Origin: Octopus sinensis
Taxonomy: Eukaryota
Assembly (NCBI RefSeq): GCF_006345805.1
Contig: NW_021833076.1
Span: 1-64,000, forward strand
Direction of reading: 5' to 3'
Length of the DNA: 64,000 nt
Both the position numbers and the translations under genes were made by a program. The notes beneath the pieces are model-generated. The model saw nothing but the letters and a program-made list of their open reading frames with translations, did not search any database and was not told the DNA's origin. Positions within the stretch are counted from its first letter, which is position 1. Each line of letters begins with the position of its first letter. This document shows positions 34,279 through 44,900 of this stretch, one piece after another.

Positions 34279-34960
34279 GCACGACTTTGAATAGAGTGTG
34301 CAATTAACAGATTTTGAAAAACCACTTTGATAGTTGAAACCACATTAGCACAATCATTAACACAATTTACCACAAATTGACGCACGACCTTGAATAGAGT
34401 GTGCAATTAACAGATTTTGAAAAACACTTTGATAGTGAAAAACACTACCCTTCTGTCCTTGAGCCTAAGGGTCTCGACCGTGGTGACGGGAAAAGGCCGG
34501 ACGGCTCTACGTTGTTCTCGTTTTATTCTGGGAGACCTTTGGTCTGGGATTCCACTTGTGTGGATACCTTCTCAAAGTCTTTCATCAACGAATCGGCCTC
34601 TCTTGCTGGGTCTCGTGCTAATAAGGCTGAGCTTTCGAAGTGCCGGAAATATCAGTCTTTGATGGATGACTTTTGGTTTTGGCCAATCGTTGTCGAGACT
34701 TCCGGCGTCTTTGGCTCCGGGACCCTCACTTCCCTAAAGAAATTGGGACATCTTTGTTCTTCGCGGTCCAAGGACCCTAGGAAATTTACTTTCCTCATTC
34801 AGAGGATCCTGCTGGCTGTCATGCGTGGCAACAGCTGTTCCCTCCGTCTCGCTGGGAGAATTTATTAGTTTGTTGACTTTACTTAGTAGTTTGACCCTAA
34901 CACTTTGATAGTTGAAACCACATTAGCACAATCATTAACACAATTTACCACCAATTGACA
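34279..34960. repeat. 103-bp tandem repeat (two units), the second split by a CRE insertion
   Basis: GCACGAC(T/C)TTGAATAGAGTGTGCAATTAACAG starts at 34279 and 34382. The remainder of unit 2 resumes at 34899. Confidence 0.85.
34441..34898 (+). mobile_element. 5'-truncated CRE-clade retrotransposon with target-site duplication
   Basis: PSVLEPKGLDRGDGKRPDG...LVWDSTCVDT...KCRKY...PIVVETSG...QRI..AVMRGN. Flanked by AACACTTTGATAGT(T)GAAA at 34423-34440 and 34899-34917. Confidence 0.88.
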
Positions 34961-35002
34961 GCGCAATCAGAAGAATTTGCGTAAAATATTAACTATTTAG
35001 TT

Positions 35003-35238
35003 AAGTTTTTCGTAAAGATAGAATTTATTTTCGGTATGCCTCTTTTCCTAAACTTTTTTATTATTCAAAAATAATTTTTTCAATAGATAACCGAAGGAGG
35101 GAAGACGACCTTAAGAAAAGAAGTTTTTCGTAAAGATAGAATTTATTTTCTGTATGCCTCTTTTTTCCTAATATTTTTTATTATTCAAAAATAATTTTTT
35201 AAATAGATAACCGAAGGAGGAAAAACGAAGCTAAAGAA
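35003..35238. repeat. 118-bp tandem duplication
   Basis: AAGTTTTTCGTAAAGATAGAATTTATTTTC...GATAACCGAAGGAGG starts at 35003 and 35121. Confidence 0.88.
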
Positions 35239-35717
35239 AAAACGGTCAGCTTAAGGTAATTAATAAAATCTTTCTGTGTGTCGCTTTTTTGGCTGCTGCT
35301 ACTCCGCCTGCCATTTCCGCCAGTGGTTTGTCTAATCAAGGTCACTAAGCTAAATCTCCGGACTATAAAGGCTCTTAAGCATTATCTTACTTGGCTGTTA
35401 AAAAAATTAGACAGGTTGTTGCCGTGGCGGCAGAGATTTTTTTTGTTTATACTATTTTACAAATTTTTAAAGTTTTTTTATTTTTTTGTTTTTAAATTAT
35501 TTATTTTTATTTGTCATATATGCCAAGGAAGGACGGACGACAAACATCGTTTATCAACAGGCGATAGTATAGGGTTACATTAAACCAGGTAGTTTTATAC
35601 ATCTACATAAACTTATAGTTGTTTGATGAAACAGGCCCTCCGCAGGAGCTAGGTCGCGGTGAGCGAAGCGAGCTGCCGAGCTAGTTAATTTATAAAAATA
35701 ATGAGCTAAAAATCGTT

Positions 35718-37104
35718 CTAAAAGTCACTTTCGAACAACTCAGGGCGGAGACCTCTAAGCCAGTCGGCCATTCTGTGAATATTAACAAACAACAAACATG
35801 GCCTTTCCACACTCATTGGTCACCAAGTCAGGAAGAATGAACTGGTCATAGAAAGATGAGACTTGTCCCTGGTTATATAATTTGTAATCACACCTCAATT
35901 CAGTCCAATCAAGTTGTGGCAGTCCATGTTCTTCCCTTCTCTTATTATAGGCAGTGTAATTGACCTACAAACGTGGACAGGACAACCAACACTGTCCAAC
36001 AACAGTCCATAACTGGGGGCAATGGGGGCGAACACCTCCAATATACAAACTACAGTACTTTCCTCAGCATGAACAACTGCCCCAAATATGGTCGCCCAAT
36101 CAGCCCTCTGCACAGGGAAATGACCACGCCTACAATAACATGACAAATCACCAATCATCTTCCTTATTTGATGCAACAAAAAACTCTGTCCAATAATACG
36201 AACAGGCACGAATTGAATAGTCCCCGAGTCCCCCGGAAGGGACAGAGGAGGACACACCTCGACCGAGAAAATATGTCGGTGGTTAGTGGCCATCCTCATT
36301 TCCCTACAGTCATCACACTCTCCTACGTCCGGGCAGTAAAGTTGTGGAAATTGTGAGTGCCTCTGAAATCCTGCAGATACTCGTCCGCCTGCCTCAGCTG
36401 GGCCTCTGAGGACTCAGGAGTGGGCTAAACCTGAAATGGCAAAGTTTCTCCACTCGAACTGGAACATTGACACAAATGGGATACCAGGTCGGCCACTAGG
36501 GCAAAGGACGGGATATGGTATATATATGTTCTTGAACTACACAGGGTACGACTGCTGAAAGCTTTGGACACTTTTTGGGCACCTGGGAAATTTAATTATA
36601 TTTATTTTATATTTTGTTAATAATTAATAATTGTAATAGATATTACAAATAACACGAATGTCAGGTGGGAGAACTGCATTTATGTCATCAATTTTGTTTT
36701 CGACGTGTGAAGTCAGCTATTTTCACCACTAATAACAATACTTTTAACGAGACCATATTCCTCAGGGCAGACACCCCCTTGTCTGTACGGGCAGCCCTCT
36801 GGAACTTCAACTACGAGTAATTAAAGCCTCCAGACTTTGTCGAGGTTATCAATGTTGATCACTTTTACTTGTAGAAGTGCGTCTATAAGCTCACCCTCTA
36901 TAGTTCTGACACCCACCATCCTATCGTAGGTTTACTGAATAAGTACTTTTGCATTCCGTAATAATTGGATCCGTTGTAGCAGAGCACCAGTCCGTATTTT
37001 TTCTTATTTAATTGCCACAACTATTTTTGTTATTTTTAATATTGGACTATTCTATGGGAGGTTTTCTGCTTGGGTGACTCATGTTGAGTGTCCACGGAGT
37101 CCAT
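35718..37104 (-). CDS. PUS1: tRNA pseudouridine synthase PUS1 (TruA family), with apparent small indels
   Basis: YGLVLCYNGSNYYGMQ, FQRAARTDKGVSA, INAVLPPDIRV, SRTYIY, GTHNFHNFT and GQSFLLHQIRKMIG. Confidence 0.9.
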
Positions 37105-37388
37105 TTAACACGACCACACGAACGCACGAGATTGATAGTTTATTTAATAATTCGACTTTTAAGATGTTATATTTTTGAATACTTTCCTATTATTTAAATA
37201 AATTTGTTCTATTAAAATTTATAGTTAATTGAAACGTTTTAGAATAAAAATGGATCATATCAATATTATAGTGTGAGAAATCATTATAAACGTAGTTGTA
37301 TTAAAAATAGCCATATCCAATTATGTTGAATTGATTCTTCGATGATGATGGAAATTAAAAGCAAAAAATATGACAAAAATAATTTTGT

Positions 37389-38031
37389 ATGGCAAAAGAT
37401 GATGTATTGCAACTTAAAACAAACAATTTCAAAATTTATGTTATGGGAAGTAAAATGGTGGGGAAAACGGCTCTAATTTCGAATTATTTGTGGAATAGAA
37501 AACTAAATGGATATGTCCCCACCATCGGCGACACATACGAGGCAAAACTGGAGAACATAACTTTTAAACTCGTTGACACTGCCGGGACTTTGTTGTGTCC
37601 GATGATGATGAAGATCGCAATAATGGAGGCTGATGTCATCATTCTTGTTTATAAAAACGACGACGAAATGTCTTTCAAAAAAGTGAACGACATTTTTAAC
37701 CAAGTCTTATCGTTGAGAAATAGCTATCCTCCCTTCACAGTTTTTTTAGCCAATCAGTTCGAATATAACATAATAAAATAAAAACGGAATCCCACTTTTC
37801 CACCGTCATTTATAAGTTCTCGGTGATGGACGACACATTAGTCACTATTTTTTTCAAAGAACTGTTGCTCGGGTACTTAAAACCTGCTAGTTTCATAACA
37901 AATTTTGCAATTTACGGAAGGCGTCCCAACCATCAAACAATCTGAACAGCAGATTGTATATCAATGCTCGAGGCCGTTCTAATTTTTTAAAAATATATTT
38001 TCCACAAAAAAAACATGAACGATCAGGTTGA
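37389..38031 (+). CDS. Intronless atypical Ras-family GTPase, paralogue 1; two 1-nt frameshifts (pseudogene or assembly error)
   Basis: GSKMVGKT, YVPTIGDTY and DTAG. Collinear with paralogue 2 to the C-terminus if one A is restored near 37772 and another near 37900. Confidence 0.8.
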
Positions 38032-38104
38032 TTCTTAATAATTACTAACATTAATTACTAACATTTCTGGAACTATTTCTCAATTTTCACTGCTATTTTT
38101 AATA

Positions 38105-39745
38105 CAGTAAACCTCTGTGCTCGCCATTTTCGGGACCGAAGAAAAAATGGCGAGCAATAGAATTTGGCGAGCAATAGAATAATCAATAAATTTGTTGACA
38201 TTGAAATTTGAAAACATGTCCGTTTTCGATACTTTCCGATCATAAGTGAACTTCCAAGTCATATTTGAGCAAAGAAACAAAGAGAATAGAAAAAAATTAA
38301 AAAGAAAAATTACTAAAAAAATCTTTAATAGTTTTTTTTAATTTAGCCATATTTCTAATAACGGTTTCGATTAGTTCCAACGAATTATATCAAAATTTTC
38401 ATTTTGATAAAAGAATGACTTTATTCTTTTCAACATTTTCAAGCCTTCTCTGAATTCACATGAGATTCGTCATTATGAGTATCTTCATCGTCATATTTGT
38501 GTGGGAAAGAATATCCAGCAATATTAAGTAATCTTCAATTTCATCTATTTCGGTAAATTCATGATAATAAAATCATCTTTATCACCGGGTCCAATATTTT
38601 CAAGATATTTACCATTTGATCATAATTATCAATTTCAACAGTTGGTCTTCGAATTGATTTTCACATTCGATCCATTTTGAATGTCCGAAACAATTGCAAT
38701 TGTTTTGGTCGTTACTTTTTCCAGGCAAAATATGTAAAAAGAAGACCGTCTTTTAAGGTTATTTTTTTATGAGCTTCCAGTGGATTTTCTCCATTTTCAA
38801 TTTTTTCTAACATTAACTCAAATTAAGTTTATTAAAATGTCCTTTGAAGGATCTAATGATTCCTTGATCCATTGCCTGTAGAATTGTTGTAGTCTTCGAA
38901 GGTAGGTAAAGAACTTCAATTGACTGTAAATCAGCGTAAATTATGGGATGGGCATCGATCCACAACTAAAAGAATTTTTCGTTTTTTTTTAGATGCATAT
39001 CCATGTTAAAAGCCATTCGTTAAAAATTTTACTTGTCATCCATGCTTTTGGTGAATGACAGTAATCGACAAAATTTTGACTTTAAAATTTTTAAGAGCAG
39101 GTTCTGGAACTTTCCAATCATAAGTGGAATTTTTTGTCTGTCCCAGTCATATTTGAGCATAGCAACAAAGAAAAATCTAAAAAATAAATTAAAATTAAAC
39201 CGTTCTTTAAGGTTTATGTCCATGTTCACCTTCTGAAGGGGAGATTTGTAAAAAATCCCACAACTAAAAGAATTTTTCGTTTTTATAAAAATAGTTTAAC
39301 CAAAAAAATATTTTATGTCCACGTCGAACCTTCGACAAATACTTTTGAAGGGATAGATTTGTAAAAAATCCCAGTTTCATCAGCGTTATAAATGTTTTCA
39401 GCATTATATTGTTGAATCTTTGCAGAGATCAAAGAAGTAATGCATCATTTCTTGTTTTGATCAACTGCAGTAGATCCTGATTCTCCATGTACGCAATAAT
39501 GCGACGTTTTCATTAAAAGACAATCTTGTGCACTTACGCATGTTAAATTTAGCGTGGTTGAAATATTTTATATAAAAAATAGTTTAACAAAAAAATTTTT
39601 TTAAAAATTAATGGCGAGATTTAGAAAATGGCGAGCATAGAAATATTTATTAAATTTAACTAGAAATTTTTAATTTTTTGAAAAATATGTGGCGAGCAAT
39701 AGAGGTGGCGAGTAACAGAGGTGGCGAGCACCAGAGGTTTTACTG
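38105..39745 (-). mobile_element. pogo/Tigger-like DNA transposon, degenerate
   Basis: TIRs CAGTAAACCTCTGTGCTCGCCA and TGGCGAGCACCAGAGGTTTTACTG, with subterminal TGGCGAG repeats and TA at the left end. DDE_1 remnants IPLMIGK and LYLPSKTTTILQAMDQGIIRSFK. Confidence 0.85.
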
Positions 39746-40264
39746 CATCTATGTTGATTTAATGAATGAAAGAGGTCGTTTAGAGATACGTTCTAGAATA
39801 TGGTTTATGACGGGTGTTTCGAGATGCGGCCTCACTAGTCTAGGCTGCTACGAAACGTGTTATATTAAAATGTTGAAACTGTGGTCTCCTCGTGCCTCGT
39901 TTCCCAATTTTAATACCAAACAAATTATTAATAACAAATTTTTTGATAATTTAACGATCCCGTTACACATATTTTGAAACTTCCACCAATCTGTCTTTGA
40001 GTAATTAAAAACGTGTTTTAATTTTCCTCAAAACGTATTTCTCATGCAAATTAAAAAAGATAGACATTCCATGACTTATTTGCCCCACTGTATTTCATCT
40101 TCTTTCAAAGTGTATTTCTGGGATTTTGTTGAGCAGTTTTGACGATTTAAGCACTAAAAATCGTTAAATTGTGTATTTATTATAAATAGCCTCATCTAAT
40201 TATTCGAGATTGATTCTTCGGCAAAAATCGAAATAAAGTTAAAAATACCGACAAAAATGGTTTT

Positions 40265-40903
40265 ATGACAAGCAACGGGGTGTTACAACTTAAATCAAAC
40301 AATTTCAAAATATATGTAATAGGTAACCAAATGGTTGGGAAAACATCTTTAATTTCGAATTATTTATGGAACAAACAATTGAATGCATATATGGCGACTA
40401 TCGGCGACACATACGAGGCAAAACTCGAAAATATAACTTTCAAATTGGTCGACACTGCTGGTGCTCTATTGAGCCCGATGATGTTGAAGATTGCAATAAT
40501 GGAGGCTGATGTGATCATTCTCGTTTACAGGAATGGCGATGAGTCGTCTTTAAAGAAAGTGAATGAAATATTTAGTCGTGTCTTATTATTGAGAAACGTT
40601 TATCCCCCCTTTACGGTCTTTATTGCCAATCAGTTCGAAAATGACGCACACAAAATAAAAACAGAGTCATATTGTTCCACTCTCGTTTACAAATTTTCTG
40701 TGATGAACAACAAACTGGTCAGAATTTTTTTTAGAGAAATGTTGTTTGAATATTTAAAGCCCAATACTTTAAGTAAACAATTTTACAATCTACGAAAAGC
40801 GTCTCAACCTTCGAAAAATCTCAGTAAAAGATTTAGCGTTAATGCTGAATCCAAAAAACTTACCACAATATTTAGAAAAATGTTCAGGTATAAAAAGGCC
40901 TAA
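40265..40903 (+). CDS. Intronless atypical Ras-family GTPase, paralogue 2 (212 aa, intact)
   Basis: GNQMVGKT, ATIGDTY and DTAG. ANQFE replaces NKxD. No C-terminal CAAX. Confidence 0.85.
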   Translation: MTSNGVLQLKSNNFKIYVIGNQMVGKTSLISNYLWNKQLNAYMATIGDTYEAKLENITFKLVDTAGALLSPMMLKIAIMEADVIILVYRNGDESSLKKVNEIFSRVLLLRNVYPPFTVFIANQFENDAHKIKTESYCSTLVYKFSVMNNKLVRIFFREMLFEYLKPNTLSKQFYNLRKASQPSKNLSKRFSVNAESKKLTTIFRKMFRYKKA

Positions 40904-41189
40904 ATACGTGGTTTATTACTAACAGACTTAAATTACTAACCGTTCTAAAATATGCTCAAATTTTTCATTTTTTAGAATTCTAAATTTGACTTGAAAATGT
41001 TTTTTGTTATGTTTTTATTGTATTGAATACAATTAATAACAATTTGGATATATTCATCATGTAATTATTATTTGTTTATGCTCATTTTCTGACAATTTAA
41101 TGGAGAAGCGTGAACAAAAATATATTTGTTGTCTTTTAAAATGGACTATGAAAATGAATTCTTGATAATTCGATTAAATAAGTATCATA

Positions 41190-41880
41190 AAACTTGTGTT
41201 CAAAAATTTAAGTTTTACATGATATTTCTGCAGCCTTACCATGCTGCATCAAGTAGCCTTGCTTCTGTGACTAATTTCTGCTCATTTTTAAATGATTTTT
41301 CCGCATTCCTTTCAAGTTCAGCGTCTTAAAAAAGCATCGACTTTGAATATCATCGTGGTAACTACTTTATTTGACAAACACTTTCAGTTCATCTATAAAT
41401 GGTTTGTTATGTATATAAGGGATCCATCATTTGGACTATCCATTAGCACTTTCGGGTAAGTTTCACTAGAGAACACTGTATCCCAAAAGAAGGCTCCCAT
41501 TCTCACTGTTAAAATATCGCTCAGTACACACCTTAGGACCATAAAAAAACCGTTTGTCGGCTGAGTAGGTCTTACCCGAGTTAATGTGAAAAAGTTGATG
41601 AAACTTCAAAGGAAATCCCTAATTACAAAGATCAACTTCAAAGTCCTTTAGCAGCCACTCGCACATTGTCGTATAGTCATCATCAATCTCCTCACATACG
41701 AGCACCAGTTTAAAGTGAATGTCATTCCATTTATAATGACATGGCTACTAAATACCATAAGGTTACTTAAGACAGTAGATGAGTCTCTCCAGACTTCAAA
41801 AATGAACAAATCCAACATGAATTGAGCATTACTGTGAGTTACAAATTGTAATCTTATATAAGAATAAAAGAAAAATATGA
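41190..41880 (-). CDS. Possible unidentified multi-exon gene immediately downstream of VPS13
   Basis: Protein-like segments (WNDIHFKLVLVCEEIDDDY...; DAELERNAEKSFKNEQKLVTEARLLDAAW) separated by GT-AG mini-intron candidates. No complete model could be built. Confidence 0.3.
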
Positions 41881-41903
41881 CTATCAAAAAATGTCAGCGC
41901 CCT

Positions 41904-44900
41904 TTAATAGTCGAACATATTCACAAAAATCTCATAGAACGTCTAGAATAGAAAGCAGTACTCAAACTAGATCGTCCTCCATTTGTAGAGAGTAGTGCTT
42001 ACTTTTACACACTCCTCCTGTCTATAAAGTATAATTAATCCACTCTTACAGAAAATGTGATCCCCCTCTCAGTCAAAGAAGGTCTAAGAGTGATATCCCC
42101 AATATTCACATCCCAGCACACTGATACGGCGTTGGCCATATTTAATTTTAGAACGAAAACACGTCTAAGCATTACCAAATAAGCCAACTTTGACGTCAGA
42201 AAACACATTCCCATTTTGGGTCGTCGACATCTTCCAAAATGGAGCAACTCGAGATCCTCGTTCGAATATGACTAGAATGAACCCCCAGACAAACGGAGTA
42301 AATATAGTTCATTTCGGCCTCTTCCGGAGAATAGAAGAGTATCTGTCCTTCCGGAGATATCACACGACTGAATCTCGAAATCAATGGGACATGCTCCGAT
42401 TGGACGAGCATTCTGAATATTTCGAATAGGGAGGACAACAGGTCAACCATTCCTCCCAAAGGGCGCACAATTATCCCCACAACCCCCACAAGGACACCTA
42501 ATGCATTGTTCGACTTCCACAGACCTTTGACTACTCCTCTACACTTTTGGAGACGACCATACTGCACTGGCTTAGTAAAGACCCCCACTGATCCCATTAC
42601 AAGGCCCCTTCCCAACTCATTCATTCCGAAGTAGAAAATGGCCGTAGGTGTCTTGGCACGCCTTTTATTGAGAATGCGTCTTGTCTTATATATGGGATCA
42701 AAGGACAGGGACGAGAGAAACTTGCCTGAAGATGCAAAAAATAGTGAGAATGAGTGGGCAGCCCCCCCTAAGAGTTGAGGCAACAATCGAACCAATGACG
42801 CTGTCGAGGAAGCTGTGGACTCCACTGACGAGTCCTTGAGCGAATTCCTCCGGTCCCTTGACTGCCCCTTGGATTGGCTCGTAAAAGAGATCAGTAATGC
42901 CAGAGGAGACATTGTGGATAAATGCGTAGGGGTTGCCCAGGACATCCGCCCCCAACACGATTGCATAGAATTGCCTCATCGTCTGGAATATGACAATAAC
43001 AGACTTGATGCTTATAATGACTGAGGACAGCCCAAAACAGATTGCTGAGACTGTACACGCGCGAACGCTCCTCAAAGTAGCCCAGTCGGAGTGGAATGGA
43101 CGTTACACTGATGAGTGCGGACATGAATCCTTTGATGAAGGACATGACGTAGTTCCATCCAGACGGAGATGTCTTGTCATCCACCACGGACACCGAAAGA
43201 GTACATTTGAGAGGAGAAATGTGGAGCAACTCGAAATAGAATGAGGAGGAAGTGTTGGAATATTCGCTGAGCAATGTCTGCATGTAATAGTCTGCTGTGT
43301 CCCGAGTAAGGGCCTGCTTATCCAAAGTCTCCTCCCAGCCAAATGACTCCAACACGTCCCAAAAGAAGCCCAAGTCGACATTGGCATTGAACTCTTGCAA
43401 TAACAACACGGCATATCTAGAATGACGTGGGACTGCCAACTTGACAATGGGGATATCCTCCCTTGACCTCACAACCAAACTGCCTTCTATGAACGGTCGA
43501 GGACACTTCGACACGACGGGGGACAGGATCACCGAAAACGCAGCCTTCCTCTGCTGACAGTTCAACTGGAGGTGATTTATCTTGACGTGGGACCAGTGGC
43601 CCTTCTCAGATTTGCCATGTTTTAGCCACAGTCCGTCATTGCACCGCCGGACCACTCTCCCTTCGTCGACACAATATGTTTCGCTGTCGTTCTTACAAGT
43701 ACTAATTTGGTGACTACCTTCTTCTCTATTAGCTCCAGTTGACCATTCCTCCGCTTATCTTCCAACAGTCGTCTGTCAGACTTGGGGGCCTCCCAGACGG
43801 GGGTGGAGTAGTCAAGGGAGAGGTAGAGGAGTTCGGTCTTGGATTTGTTGTCGACGTACGACACTCCTAACTCGCTGAGTGCCACTTCCATCATGAAGTA
43901 TGGTCTGTTCACTTGGGCACTCTGATTATAAGTGCAATTCTCTACATTATTCAAGTACAGGGCCAGTTCTATGTTGTGGGTAAAGAGCAGTGTCCGCAGT
44001 ACCCCTTCGAGGAAAGACACAAAGTAGACTTGTTGGCCATTGATCACGAATTGTTCAAATTTGTCCTAAAATAGTGACACGAAATGTACCCCACTCATCG
44101 ACACTGAGAAGGAGGGGCCACTCACGAATGAGCATTCCGCCACCAATGGTTTCCCCGGATCCGCCCACAGATAATATAAATAAGAAAGTGAGTGCAGCCG
44201 CTGTTTTGATTGCGGGACATCCTGTTGACAGTAAATCACCGGAATCGAGCTGAGTGCGTTCACAAGACAGAATGCTGCTCTTTCCACTGTTCCGTCATAC
44301 AAATAGACGGTCAGAGATGACTCGGTTTGTTGACAATCCACGTAGACCAGCAGTAGAGACGACAGTTGGACTGTGCATGAGCGAGACCCCTCGATGAGAC
44401 AAGGCTTACTAATAGTCACCAAGTCACTCTGCAGGCCGAATCGCATAAAAACAGACTTGGACCCATTGTCTGGCCAGAATGGAGCATATCCGTCTAAGAA
44501 AATGATAAAACTCAAATAAACTAATATCCACGGGAGTGGGCGGTCGGTCAGGATCAATACTGAATACAAAAATAGGATTTGAGGTTTTGTTGCAAATGAG
44601 ATAGAACGGGGACATGATTATTATTTTGGTCAATGGATACTCAGTCAGGTAGTTGCTTGCAGTTATCTGAAGTCATTGAGGAGGACTACTTACCAAATGA
44701 CACAACTTTTTAGTCTTTAAAGAAAGTGTCACAAAACTGGAGGGTATTGTCAAATTGTACAACCTCGACCATTTACTCCCCTCACATTTAATCCTCATCT
44801 AAAATGACCAATTGGGCAGTACTTTGGCCTTGTTTACTACTTTGGGGCACAACAAGAGATATTCGTCCTCCCTACAAGTATGTTCTACCAAAGAGTGTTC

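Larger units (their letters stand above)
32596..35684 (+). mobile_element. Non-autonomous Helitron carrying tandem repeats and a nested CRE
   Basis: 5' A|TCTTAATAATAAAA, an early (CTGT/GT)n microsatellite, and a 3' GC-rich imperfect palindrome containing GCGAAGC, followed by CTAG|T. A dispersed derivative lies at 14975-15140. Confidence 0.72.
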
